Source: an uncultured Verrucomicrobiae bacterium (lineage in GTDB: Bacteria; Verrucomicrobiota; Verrucomicrobiia; Chthoniobacterales; UBA10450). From it: a DNA stretch of 64,000 nt. The stretch's first letter is position 1, and the number at the start of each line of letters is the position of its first letter. Below are positions 9,400-19,552 of the stretch, in pieces. The translations under genes were made by a program, and so were the position numbers. The DNA lies in assembly GCA_963801815.1 (NCBI GenBank), contig CAWDGJ010000003.1, forward strand, positions 576,001-640,000. Direction: 5' to 3'. The notes below the pieces were generated by a model. That model was not told where the DNA came from. It ran no database searches and was given only the letters and a program-made list of their open reading frames with translations.

Positions 9400-10736
9400 G
9401 ACAAATCGCGCGCCAAACGGATTCCCATGAATTGCCACCGTTTTTCGGGTTGAAAGAAATTCCGGTAGGTTTTGCGAATATGAGTGCGCGACGTAGCGCA
9501 GGAACCACCGCGCAGGACGTATTGATTGCACATGAACTTGCCATTGTATTCGCCGAGGGCGCCCCGTTCAGCGCGGTAGCCGGGATAAGGTGAATAAGAA
9601 CTGCGGGTCCACTCCCAAACGTCACCAAACATCTGCGCGAGTTCGCCGATTTCCGGCGCGCGGTTCAATGCTTCAGGATGAAACCGTTCGGTTTCGACAA
9701 AATTTCCGTCGACTTCGATCTTCTCAGTTGCACGTTCCCACTCAAATTCGGTCGGTAGCCGCGCGCCAGCCCAGTTCGCATAGGCGTCGGCTTCAAAATA
9801 GCTCAGATGCGTGACCGGTTCGTTTGGATCGACTTTGCGCAACCCGGAAAGAGTGAAATTCCACCATTCACCATCCCGCTCGATCCAGTAAAGGGGCGCC
9901 CGCCAGTTTTGTTCGTTAACAGTCATCCAGCCTAACGAAAGCCAGAATTCGGAGCGCGAGTAACCGCGGTCAGTCATAAACTCCAGATATTCACGGTTGG
10001 TGACGAGACGATTCGCAAGCGAGAACGGCAAAACCAGCGCGCGGTGGCGCGGTCCTTCGTTGTCGTAAGAAAATCCGTTTCCGGCGTGACCGATGTCGAT
10101 CGTCACTTCATCAAACTCGACGAACTGGGCAAGACGGTCCGCCGAGCCGTCCGCACGCCGCAGCGCGGCGTCCCTACCTCGAAAAACGGGATAGAGCGGG
10201 TTTTGCGCGAAAACGTGTTTGATGTCAGTGATTAGAAGTTCCTGATGCTGCTGCTCATGGTGAATTCCAAGCGTTAGGACTGGCTCGATCTCCCGAAACA
10301 GCTTTTCGTCGGCGCCCGCTATCAAGTCGTTAAGATCCGAATTCACCGATGCACGATACTTTTTTGTTTCCTCAACCGTCGGTCGTGAAATCAGTCCGCG
10401 TAGATCGCGCCGATGCATGGTGCCGGCGGCGTTGTAGTAGGAGTTGAACAAGTAAGCGTACTCCGGCACGGCGTCCTGATACCCGGTAACCCATTTTTTC
10501 AGAATGAACGTTTCGAAAAACCAGGTCGTGTGCGCGAGATGCCATTTGGCGGGGCTGACGTCAGGCATCGACTGAACAACGCAATCTTCAGCGGCGAGAT
10601 TCTCGGACAGTCTGCCCGTGAAATTCCGGACTTCGTGAAAACGCGCGAGGAGCTTCTCGGCGCCGGAAGAATCCGCCTGCGAACGCGGTGGCGCGGTCGC
10701 TGTCCGGTTTTCTTTGGCGACCGCCGTTTGAATCAA
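9396..10736 (-). CDS. egtB: Ergothioneine biosynthesis sulfoxide synthase (DinB_2 + FGE-like)
   Basis: QSMPDVSPAKWHLAHTTWFFE, LFNSYY, HHEQQHQEL, RLPTEFEWE, GDVWEWT, LRGGSCAT. Confidence 0.9.
   Translation of the reverse strand: MIQTAVAKENRTATAPPRSQADSSGAEKLLARFHEVRNFTGRLSENLAAEDCVVQSMPDVSPAKWHLAHTTWFFETFILKKWVTGYQDAVPEYAYLFNSYYNAAGTMHRRDLRGLISRPTVEETKKYRASVNSDLNDLIAGADEKLFREIEPVLTLGIHHEQQHQELLITDIKHVFAQNPLYPVFRGRDAALRRADGSADRLAQFVEFDEVTIDIGHAGNGFSYDNEGPRHRALVLPFSLANRLVTNREYLEFMTDRGYSRSEFWLSLGWMTVNEQNWRAPLYWIERDGEWWNFTLSGLRKVDPNEPVTHLSYFEADAYANWAGARLPTEFEWERATEKIEVDGNFVETERFHPEALNRAPEIGELAQMFGDVWEWTRSSYSPYPGYRAERGALGEYNGKFMCNQYVLRGGSCATSRTHIRKTYRNFFQPEKRWQFMGIRLARDLS
10127..10178 (-). repeat. 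Degenerate GTAG-type REP inside egtB
   Basis: Minus strand ggtagggacgccgcgctgcggcgtgcggacggctcggcggaccgtcttgccc; reads GRDAALRRADGSADRLA in the interdomain linker. Confidence 0.6.
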
Positions 10737-11140
10737 GTGATTCCGCCCTCCTGCTCGAGCTCTTCCCGGCGCGCTTCGAGCATTTGATCGCGGGCCGCTT
10801 CCTCCTGTCCGTCGCTCACCAGCGATTCGCCGAGAGTTTTCTCGTCTTCATCAATACCAGGTCGCGGAACTCTATGGCCACGATCATCCGGCGTTACTTC
10901 CCATTCCTCTTCGAGCTTGATGTTCTTGTCGTCCTCTTCCGGCGGCATCGTCTGATTATCACCTAACAACTCCCGGCGAGCCTGAGTCCAGTCCGTGTCG
11001 GTAAATTCATCGGGATCGCGCTCGTCGATCATCGCAATCTCGCGGGCCCGGCGCTCGATATCCTCCGGCGATGGCGCGCCCATTCCATTGCCGTGGACCT
11101 CAATCTTGCCGCCGTTGGTTTCGTCTCGTTGGTTCATCAC
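10733..11140 (-). CDS. Acidic hypothetical protein, first gene of the egt operon
   Basis: 135-aa D/E-rich ORF; stop overlaps the egtB start. Confidence 0.65.
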   Translation of the reverse strand: MMNQRDETNGGKIEVHGNGMGAPSPEDIERRAREIAMIDERDPDEFTDTDWTQARRELLGDNQTMPPEEDDKNIKLEEEWEVTPDDRGHRVPRPGIDEDEKTLGESLVSDGQEEAARDQMLEARREELEQEGGIT

Positions 11141-11250
11141 TTTAAATTACGAAAGCCGCAGCGTTGCTACGCGCAAAAAGTTACAGCGCGAATCGGCAGC
11201 GGCAAAGAGGATTTTCCTCGCGCCTGGATTCAGCGGATAATCGAAACCCG

Positions 11251-12126
11251 ATGGAGGACTGCAAAGTTTTGTCTCTTACAAACGGAGGCGAGCTCGCTTA
11301 TGTCGAATATGGGAGCCCCAACGGCGTGCCCGTTTTCTTTTTCCACGGCTGGCCAAGCTCGCGAACGATGGGCGAACTGGCTGATGCGGCGGCGCGCCAG
11401 TTGAACGTGAGAATCATTTCGGCAGATCGTCCGGGAATTTGTGATTCAAGCTTTCAACCTCACAGACAACTACTCGATTGGCCCGAGGTTCTGCGGCAGT
11501 TTGCCGATCATCTTGGGATTAACCGGTTCCGCATCCTGGCAATCTCGGGCGGTGCGCCCTACGCATACGCTTCGGGATTGAAATTGCCCGAACGCGTCCA
11601 GGCGATGGCAATCGTCAGTGGCGCGATTCCTTTTGCCGATCTCAACGATCACCGTGGTTTACTTCCACTTTATCGATGGATGATATGGTTCTATCGAAAC
11701 CAGCCGGGTCTGTTGCGTGCATCCTTTCGCCTGGTGCGTCCGATTGTTTCATGGCGAACATCGTTGCGGATGGCGCGAAGTTTTTTGCACACGCTGCCCA
11801 GACCCGATGCGGAAGCGCTTCGAGACAACGCTGCATTCGACATTTGTTTTGAAAGTCAGCGCAGAGCGTGGCGCGGATCCGGTGCCGAGGGCGTTATGGC
11901 CGACGCAGAAATTTATGGGAGACCGTGGGGTTTTCGTTTGGAAGATGTCGATGTTCCAGTGCGGTTGTGGCACGGAAAACAAGACCGCGCATTTTCGTTT
12001 CGCGTCGCCGAGGAAACGGCCAAGCGTTTGCCGGATTGCGTGGCCCGTTATGTGGACAACGAAGGTCATTTTTCGCTTCCGATCCGATACATGCGGGAAA
12101 TCCTGGCCGATTTGATCGCGGTGTAG
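11251..12126 (+). CDS. Alpha/beta hydrolase
   Basis: FFHGWPSS, DRPG, nucleophile elbow AISGG, WHGKQD, C-terminal GH. Confidence 0.85.
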   Translation: MEDCKVLSLTNGGELAYVEYGSPNGVPVFFFHGWPSSRTMGELADAAARQLNVRIISADRPGICDSSFQPHRQLLDWPEVLRQFADHLGINRFRILAISGGAPYAYASGLKLPERVQAMAIVSGAIPFADLNDHRGLLPLYRWMIWFYRNQPGLLRASFRLVRPIVSWRTSLRMARSFLHTLPRPDAEALRDNAAFDICFESQRRAWRGSGAEGVMADAEIYGRPWGFRLEDVDVPVRLWHGKQDRAFSFRVAEETAKRLPDCVARYVDNEGHFSLPIRYMREILADLIAV

Positions 12127-12144
12127 CTGCCTCTACAGTGCGGG

Positions 12145-13215
12145 GTGGAAGATTTTACCGGAACAATTCAGGACCAGTCGGCGCGGCGGCAGTGGAGTCT
12201 CGAGCAACCCTTCGACGAGCGTGTCCGCCGGCTAGTACGCGATTGGGGCGCAACCAAGACCCCGGAGTTGATCGAGGAGATGATCGTGACTGCGCTGAAA
12301 ATGGCGCGCGATGAAATGAGTGTTGCGGACTTGAAGCTGATGAACCGTTCCCTCAAGGAAATGCGCTATTCAGCGAAAGTCTTTGCCCACTACTCGCGAT
12401 TCCGAAAAGTTGTTGTGTTTGGATCGGCCCGCATTCCGCCCGAAGCGCCGGAATCAAAGGTGGCGGAAGAGTTCGCTCAGAAAATGGTGGCGAATGATTA
12501 CATGATCATCACCGGCGGCGGTGACGGGATTATGGGCGCAGCGCAAAAGGGAGCCGGGCGCGAGCACAGTTTTGGTTTGAACATTCGACTGCCGTTTGAG
12601 CAGCAAGCGAACGAAATCATCGACGGCGACTCGAAGCTCATCAATTTCAATTACTTTTTCGGTCGCAAACTCAATTTCGTGAAGGAATCGCACGCCTTTG
12701 CCCTCTTTCCGGGCGGCTTTGGGACGATGGATGAGACGTTTGAAGTTCTCACCCTGATGCAGACCGGAAAGGCGCGCATTATCCCGGTAGTGATGCTGGA
12801 CCGGCCGGATGGCAATTATTGGGAGATGTGGATGAAATTTCTAACCGAGTATCTTTTCAAACTCGGCTTGGTTTCGCGGGAAGATTTCTCATTCTTCAAA
12901 ATTGCACACAACGTCGATGACGCGGTCCAGGGGATTCTGCAGTTCTACAAAATTTACCACTCGACACGCTGGGTGGGAGATCAGCTTGTGATTCGAATTT
13001 GTCAGCGGCTGTCGAACGGCGCGGTCGCCGATTTGAACAAAAACTTTGCCGACTTGATTCGCGAAGGCGAGATCGTTCAGGGAAGTGCGCTGCGCCCCGA
13101 GAAGAACGAGCCGGAGATCTGGGATCTTCCTCGACTCGTCCTGACCCCTCATCGGGAAAATTTCGGACGACTGCGGCAACTGATCGATGCGATCAACGCT
13201 TCGTCAGTCGCGTAA
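12145..13215 (+). CDS. LOG-family nucleotide phosphoribohydrolase (TIGR00730-like), long form
   Basis: FGSAR, ITGGGDGIMGAA, PGGFGTMDE. Confidence 0.85.
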   Translation: MEDFTGTIQDQSARRQWSLEQPFDERVRRLVRDWGATKTPELIEEMIVTALKMARDEMSVADLKLMNRSLKEMRYSAKVFAHYSRFRKVVVFGSARIPPEAPESKVAEEFAQKMVANDYMIITGGGDGIMGAAQKGAGREHSFGLNIRLPFEQQANEIIDGDSKLINFNYFFGRKLNFVKESHAFALFPGGFGTMDETFEVLTLMQTGKARIIPVVMLDRPDGNYWEMWMKFLTEYLFKLGLVSREDFSFFKIAHNVDDAVQGILQFYKIYHSTRWVGDQLVIRICQRLSNGAVADLNKNFADLIREGEIVQGSALRPEKNEPEIWDLPRLVLTPHRENFGRLRQLIDAINASSVA

Positions 13216-14394
13216 AATCGCCTCGGGATGCGCAATTGGCGCCAGCGGTTCGGGCGCAACTGGGTGCTGCTGAACCATGCGATCTCGGTTTCTGCTCGCT
13301 TCGATTAAGGCAAGATCGACATCGAGCTTGGCCCGCATCATTCGGTCGAAGCAGAAATGCTCGCGCGAGTAACTCAGGCCGTTGGCCGCGCAGCGTTCGG
13401 CGAGACTTTCGTCGGAAAGGAAAAGCAGAATGGCGGTGGCGAGCGCATTGCTGTCGTTTGGCTGAACAATGAGCCCGTTTTCGCCGTGAACGATGATCTC
13501 CGGAACGTCGCCAACGCGCGTGGCGACCACGGGACGGCCACTGGCGAAAGCCTCGCGCAGAACAATCGGTGATGCTTCGGTGTGGCGGGACGCGATGACT
13601 ACCATGTTCGCGGCCGCGAGAATGTCGGGGATATCCCAGCGATATCCCATCATCAAAACATTCCCGTTCAGACCGGCGCGATCGATCGCCTTGCGCACCC
13701 ATTTCTCGCGACTGCGGCCGCCAGTTGCTTCGCCGACGAACACAAAACGGGCATCGGGCCGTTGATGAAGGACGATCCGCGCTGCTTCGACGAGATTGAA
13801 TTGGCCTTTGTCCGGGCGAATCATTCCGACGTTCGCGATGATGGGTGTTTCTGCGGACAAGCCGACCTCGCGCCGGAATTTCATTCGATCGCGGTTTGGC
13901 GAAAATTTATCGAGATCGACGGCCGACCCGATCACTTCAATTTTTTCCGGTGCGATGCCGTACTGTTCGATGAACTCGTTCTTAATGACTTGCGCGTCGG
14001 CGACAATTTTTGCGCAACCATGTTTGTAGATGAAAGCGCGCTGCTTTTTGCCGAGAGGATCGGTGATGCAGCGGGCACGGGTCACCGGCCAGCCGCACAG
14101 AAATAGCGGCAGACAGAGCCAGTGATCTTTTGAACTGTAACTTTTGATCAGATCGACGCGATTGCGGCGACAGAAAAGCCAGATGCGAAACGAAACCAGC
14201 GGATTGATCCGATGCTTGAGCGACATCGGGATGACCGGCGTGCCGAGCTCGCGCGCCTTGGTCATGACTTCGCTCGTCGGGTCGCAAATCAACCAGGCGC
14301 GATGTCCGTTCGCGTTGAGCCAATTGATTTCGAGACAGGTCCGATACTCCTGTCCGCCCCAACTACCGCTGCTCTCGAGATGAAGTAAATTCAC
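13204..14394 (-). CDS. Glycosyltransferase family 4 (GT-B)
   Basis: WGGQE, KGQ, EASPIVLREAFASGRPVVATRVG. Confidence 0.85.
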   Translation of the reverse strand: MNLLHLESSGSWGGQEYRTCLEINWLNANGHRAWLICDPTSEVMTKARELGTPVIPMSLKHRINPLVSFRIWLFCRRNRVDLIKSYSSKDHWLCLPLFLCGWPVTRARCITDPLGKKQRAFIYKHGCAKIVADAQVIKNEFIEQYGIAPEKIEVIGSAVDLDKFSPNRDRMKFRREVGLSAETPIIANVGMIRPDKGQFNLVEAARIVLHQRPDARFVFVGEATGGRSREKWVRKAIDRAGLNGNVLMMGYRWDIPDILAAANMVVIASRHTEASPIVLREAFASGRPVVATRVGDVPEIIVHGENGLIVQPNDSNALATAILLFLSDESLAERCAANGLSYSREHFCFDRMMRAKLDVDLALIEASRNRDRMVQQHPVAPEPLAPIAHPEAILRD

Positions 14395-14690
14395 GCCGAA
14401 TTGTCGACCTTTTTGGCAGTTTGACTGATTTCCCCGCGTTTTTCGAGGATATAATCGTGAATCGTATTGACCGTGCGCAGGGCCTTGCCCGCGACCTCTG
14501 AGTTCGGAACCCCAACCCCAAACGTCTTTTCCATGCTGACCACGAGCTCGAGGGCGTCGATTGAATCCAGCCCGAGGCCATTCGGCCCGAACAAGGGGAG
14601 TTCGTCGCCAATTTGGTCCGTCGTGACCTGCAGCATCAGGTTTTTGACGAGCATCTCCTTAATGCGCGGGCGGAGGTCTTGGTCGGACAT
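14391..14690 (-). CDS. Acyl carrier protein
   Basis: LGLDSIDALELVV phosphopantetheine site; stop overlaps the GT4 start. Confidence 0.85.
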   Translation of the reverse strand: MSDQDLRPRIKEMLVKNLMLQVTTDQIGDELPLFGPNGLGLDSIDALELVVSMEKTFGVGVPNSEVAGKALRTVNTIHDYILEKRGEISQTAKKVDNSA

Positions 14691-14803
14691 AGGTTAAGGC
14701 GCGCGAAATTGTCGTAAACGAGCGCGCGGGTCAACTCTGATTAACCGGAGGAACACTCTCCGTCGTGGTCGCACAGGCGGCGCCGGTGGCGCGGCGCAAT
14801 AGC

Positions 14804-15079
14804 TCAGACCTTGTCCGCTGGTTTGGAATCAGGTTGTGAGCCGGACGGTGGACTTTGTGGAACCGTTGATTGGGGAGGGTTCGTCTTGGCCGCAGTATCC
14901 CCGGCCTTGTGAATTTCGTCGGTGAATTCGTCCTTCGCCTTTTGAAACTCTTTGATCGCCTGTCCCAGGCCGCGCGCCAGCTCCGGCAACTTCTTCGCGC
15001 CGAACAGAACGAGAATGATCACGAGAATGACCAACAAATCCGGGCCGCCCAGATTCATGAAACTGGCGAGCAAGTTCAT
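14804..15079 (-). CDS. tatA: Twin-arginine translocase TatA/E
   Basis: Single TM followed by [21 protein letters not shown]. Confidence 0.9.
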   Translation of the reverse strand: MNLLASFMNLGGPDLLVILVIILVLFGAKKLPELARGLGQAIKEFQKAKDEFTDEIHKAGDTAAKTNPPQSTVPQSPPSGSQPDSKPADKV

Positions 15080-15254
15080 CTTCAGTGGCAGAACATCCGT
15101 CTCGGGTGACCCGGATGCAAGCCATTTCGGGCTCGACGTCTTGGCTGGGCCGGCTGGTCGTGTTGGCGGGTGGCTAGCCCGAGCTCCTCGCAGCTACCTT
15201 CGCTGCTTAACCGCCTTCCCGCGACGCTCCCGCTGGCGCGTGTTGTGATTTCGC

Positions 15255-15749
15255 GTGGGAAGCGTAACTTCGCCAGTGCAACGAAACCGGGCATTTACGC
15301 TGGTGGAGATCATTATCGCAGTCGCGATCATGGCGACGCTGCTTTTGCTGGCCGTGCCGAGTTTGACGGGCGTGCTGGCCGACCGCAAGTTGCGCGGGTC
15401 GCTCGACGAATTTAATAAACTGGTCCGTCAGGCGCAGGAACGCAGCGTGGCCGAGCACCGCGCGTATCTGCTGATTTGGACGGACAAGAACGTATTTCTG
15501 CAGCCTGAAGCATTCGCGAAAGATGAGGACCAAACGGCGTTGGCGAGGTTTGAACTCGGACACGGAACGATTCTGACGCTGACGTTGCCGGCGGCGCTTT
15601 CCAACAAGCCCGTGGGCGAATGGATATTCTGGCCGACGGGCACGTGCGAACCGGCGATTGTTAGCTTTAAGGGACCTGACGGAACATGGACGGCAAACTA
15701 CTCGCCGCTTACCGCGCATGGCGACCTGACGAATTATGCGGCGAGATAA
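15255..15749 (+). CDS. Minor pseudopilin (GspH-like)
   Basis: Prepilin motif AFTLVEIIIAVAI. Confidence 0.75.
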   Translation: MGSVTSPVQRNRAFTLVEIIIAVAIMATLLLLAVPSLTGVLADRKLRGSLDEFNKLVRQAQERSVAEHRAYLLIWTDKNVFLQPEAFAKDEDQTALARFELGHGTILTLTLPAALSNKPVGEWIFWPTGTCEPAIVSFKGPDGTWTANYSPLTAHGDLTNYAAR

Positions 15750-15752
15750 GGA

Positions 15753-16172
15753 ATGAAAATCCGAAATCCGAAATCCGAAATCCGAAATTTTTGTCGCGCT
15801 TTCGCGCTGTACGAAGTGTTGATGGGTGTTGCGATCTTCGCTTTGGGCGTGCTCGCGCTTGGCCGCGCGGTCCAAAATTGTTTGAATGCGAGTACTCTCA
15901 ATGCGGAGGAGGAACGCGTTCGTTTGATTCTGACGAACCGAATGGCTGAAGTTCAAACCACGCCCGGACTGCCTGCCGAAGCAAAGGAATTCACGGTTGA
16001 TACAGGTTACGGAAAAGTGCAGCTGATTCAGACCAGTACGCCCGCCGGGTTGAAAGATGACAACGACGCTGAGCTTGCGGGAATGCATCGCGTGCGATTG
16101 ATCGCGAAATGGACGCGCGGCGGAAATCCGCAATCGCAGCAGATTGAATTTTATGTTTATCGCCCCGGTTAA
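15753..16172 (+). CDS. Minor pseudopilin (GspI-like)
   Basis: AFALYEVLMGVAI; leader encoded by (AAATCCG)x4. Confidence 0.7.
   Translation: MKIRNPKSEIRNFCRAFALYEVLMGVAIFALGVLALGRAVQNCLNASTLNAEEERVRLILTNRMAEVQTTPGLPAEAKEFTVDTGYGKVQLIQTSTPAGLKDDNDAELAGMHRVRLIAKWTRGGNPQSQQIEFYVYRPG
15757..15784 (+). repeat. Perfect heptamer tandem repeat (AAATCCG)x4
   Basis: Directly visible; encodes KIRNPKSEIRN. Confidence 0.9.
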
Positions 16173-16773
16173 TCGCCGTCGCGGCTTCACGCTGCTGGAA
16201 ATCATCATCGCGGTGGCAATTCTGGCGACCATGGCGATGTCGATCTACCGCTTCGTTGAATCGAATCTCTCGGCGATAAGCGCGTCATCCAACGCGATTG
16301 CCGCCGACGCGCGTTACGACGGTCTGCTCGAAGTGCTGACTGCGCAGTGGCAGAGTCTGCCTCCGGGAAAGGGAGCGCTCCTTGGCGATTCGTTTAAGTT
16401 GAGTGATCGCCCACGGGACGAGATCAGATGGGTTTGCGGGGCCGGGCCGGGACTGATGACCCGATACGCATCGGGGGAATACAATGTCAGCTTGCGGCTG
16501 CAATCAGAAAAGGACAGCAGCCGATACGATCTCGGTCTTGTACGCAAACCGAAAAGCGATACAGCGCTTAGCGATGTGCACGAAAGCTGGATTCCGTTGA
16601 TCGAAAACGTGACCAGTTTGCAGATTCGTTACTTTGATCCGCGAATAAACACCTGGGTAGAACGTTGGACCGACGCCGGTACGTTGCCGCGACTGGTGAA
16701 ATTGACGATTGGTCGTCCGGATTCTTCGGCGCCTTGGGAAGCGATCGTCCCGCTGGGTCGAACCCCCCTATGA
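16153..16773 (+). CDS. Minor pseudopilin (GspJ-like)
   Basis: GFTLLEIIIAVAI; C-terminal LQIRYFD...W...LPRLVKL. Confidence 0.8.
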   Translation: MFIAPVNRRRGFTLLEIIIAVAILATMAMSIYRFVESNLSAISASSNAIAADARYDGLLEVLTAQWQSLPPGKGALLGDSFKLSDRPRDEIRWVCGAGPGLMTRYASGEYNVSLRLQSEKDSSRYDLGLVRKPKSDTALSDVHESWIPLIENVTSLQIRYFDPRINTWVERWTDAGTLPRLVKLTIGRPDSSAPWEAIVPLGRTPL

Positions 16774-17709
16774 TTCCAAAGAGCGATCAGAGAACTAAGG
16801 TTGGAGGCCAGAAAAACAAATCCGGCGCCGCCATCATGCTCGCGCTTTGGGCGTTGTTTTTGTTGAGCGCGCTGGTGATTTCATGGGCGCTCGATATTAA
16901 TTCGCGGCTCGCAATTTCCGGCGAAGGAACGCGAAGGTTGCAAGCGGAGGCGGTTGCCTGTTCCGGCGCGGAAGTGGCGTTGAATCCTGTCGATCAAGCC
17001 CGGCTCATCGAACTCTAAATGGACAATTGAACAAAGGCGCGATTTACAAGGCACGCCTGACCGGCGAAGGCGGACGTCGACCTGAACTGGCTCGTGGCAG
17101 GCGAAGACCCGACCCGGTTAGAGATTTTGCGTCACTATCTTGAGAATAAAGGGATCGACCTTAATGAACGCGATTTGATGGTTGATTCGCTTCAGGATTG
17201 GATTTCACCGAACATCGGGGTGCACCACTGAATGCGCCGGCCGAAAGTGAGAATTATCATCCGGCCGCACGCGTCACTCGCCCGCGTCGACGAACTGAAG
17301 AAAGTGGCGGGCTGGGCTGAGTTTACATCTGTTCCTGGGTGGGATGATGATTTCACCGTGAATAGCTAAGCGGAATCGATCTCGCGTGGGCGTCGCGCGA
17401 TGTTTTGCTTGCCTTGTGCCGAGACTGACGAACGACATGGTTGACCGATTTCTTGCAGATTCGCCAGGGCCCCGACGGAATTGACGGGACCGAAGATGAC
17501 ATGTATTCCGGAGTCTAGAACGAGGTGCGGCATGCTTGGGCTTAGATCAGCAGCAGATTCCACTGTTGAACGGTTCTAGGCAAACCTTCAACGTGCCGGT
17601 GTACCGCGTTGTCAGCGTCGGGACCGCGGGCAACGCAAAACGGACGGTGCAAATGATGTTCCGGCGCGTCGGCGTGATGCCGCAAGTCATTACCTGGAAG
17701 GAATTTTAG
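16770..17709 (+). CDS. GspK-like pseudopilin (multiple frameshifts)
   Basis: N-terminus GAAIMLALWALFLLSALV; fragments such as MVDSLQDW in other frames; ends ...ITWKEF*; position after the H/I/J-like genes. Confidence 0.65.
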
Positions 17710-18961
17710 TGATCGACACCAAGTCCACAAAGCCCAGCCCAGTTTTTATCACGCCGACCGCGCACGGCTGGAATCTTTTGCGCGCGCGCGACAACAACGG
17801 CGCGTGGGATGTGCGCTTGCTTCGCACCCTGGACGAAGTCGTACCGCTCGTGTCGGCCCAGGACGAAATTGTGTTGAGTCTTGCCGGTGGCGGCTGTTCT
17901 CGCGCAACGATTTCGATTGCCGACTGTCGATCCGGCGGAGTTTCCGGAAATGGTGCGGATTCAAATCGAGAAGGCGCTTCCGTTTTCACCCGAGGAAGTT
18001 ACGTCCGACTTCGAATTGATTGAGCAAAACGAAACCGAGAGCGTGATTTCAGCGGTGGCGGTTAGCAACGAGCAGTTGACCGAGATCGCTGCACCATTGC
18101 TCGACAAAGGTGTGATTCCGCAACAGGTCACGGTTTACGCCGCGCAACGCGCGACGACGCATGCGCCGGAAGGGCGCGCGCTGTTGATTTATCCGGAAGG
18201 CGAAACGTTGGTTTCGGCTGTGACCGAAAATGGCAAGGTCAGTCTGACCCGGACCCTGGACGGAATTGCACCCGGAACAATTGCAAATCGGAACTGCCGC
18301 AACTTGCGCATGAGCGCGGAGTTACAGGGCATCAACGCAACGTTCCCGAATGTGTTGCTCGACGAAACGTTGTTACGAATTGCGCGACACCGTTCAGGGA
18401 ATTCTGGACCGCAGACCGGAGCTGGTCGGGATCGAAACTCCGCCAGCCTCGGTAAAGCTGAATCTGTTGCCGGAGAGCTGGCGGCAACGACGCACCCAAC
18501 TGGCCAAGCGCGGCGAATGGCAGAAGCGCTTGACGCTGGTCGGTGCGGTCTACGCCGCGCTCTTTTTGTTGTTCCTGCTTTATCTTGGCTACACCCGGTT
18601 CGCTATCGCCCGCCTCGATCGGTTGATCGCACGCGATGCACCGCCAACGCAATTCATCCGCGAAACCGAAGTAGACTGGAAGTCGCTCGCGCCGGCGATC
18701 GACTCCCGCTTTTACCCGGTTGAGATCCTTTCTCGCCTATCCCAGGATTTGCCGTCGCCCGATGTCCGAATCACTGCTTACAATCAGTCGGCTCGCCAGA
18801 TTTCCGTGGACGGCGAAGCCAATACGGCCCCGCTCGTCTATCAATTCGCTGAAAAAGTGAAAAAGGACAGCGCGTTGCAGAATTTCCGGTTCGACATGGC
18901 CGCTCCGAGGATTTTGCCGAACAACCACGCCCAGTTTCGTTTGGAGGGAAAACCGCGATGA
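17709..18961 (+). CDS. GspL/PilMN-like assembly protein (frameshifted)
   Basis: Three consecutive ORF fragments; QIEKALPF motif, then LNLLP followed by a TM and a periplasmic domain. Confidence 0.65.
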
Positions 18962-19520
18962 TGGAGAAACTGACCGCCGCTTATCTGAGGATGAATCAAC
19001 GCGAGCGCATGATGACGATCGTCATCGCGGCGATTTTATTTCTGCTGATCAACATTTTCGTCTGGCGAATGGTTCTGGGAAGTATCGGCAATTCGCGGCG
19101 CGAACTGGCCTCCGCAAGTCCACTCGCGCGGAGCAGATCGTTTACATGAGGGAGAAGGACCTTTGGGCAAAGCGCGAAGAATGGCTGGAGAAAACTCAGC
19201 CGCCGATGAAAGGCGCCGAGGAGGCGTCGAATTTGCTCGACCAGGTCAAGCAAGTTGCCGGCAAATACAACGTGTTGATCTCGAATCCGGCGATCGGTTC
19301 CGGCGAAACAACGCCGACTCATCAGACCGTTTTCGCATCCATCGAAACCAGCAGCCACTGGCCGGACCTGGTTCATTTTCTTTACGACGTTCAACAACCG
19401 GACGCTTTCATTGTCTTTGAAAGTGTCAATCTGGCGGTGGATCCTGAAGATGCGACAACGATGACGGGAAAATTCAAGGTCGCGCGCTGGTTTGCGCCGG
19501 TGCAACGGAAGAAAGGATAA
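18958..19520 (+). CDS. GspM/PilO-like protein (frameshift near 19125)
   Basis: MNQRERMM-TM N-terminus joined to ORF 19146-19520. Confidence 0.6.
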
Positions 19521-19552
19521 ATTATGACAATGAGTTACGTTACTGGTCGATC

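Noticed and set aside
9396..14394. Selenoneine (senABC) cluster from EgtB-like gene plus nearby GT4
   Set aside because: No selD/senC, the GT4 is separated by two opposite-strand genes and coupled to an ACP, and egtD adjacency fits ergothioneine.
15080..15254. Structured RNA between tatA and the pseudopilin genes
   Set aside because: GC-rich partial complementarity only; no SRP, riboswitch or terminator signature recognised.
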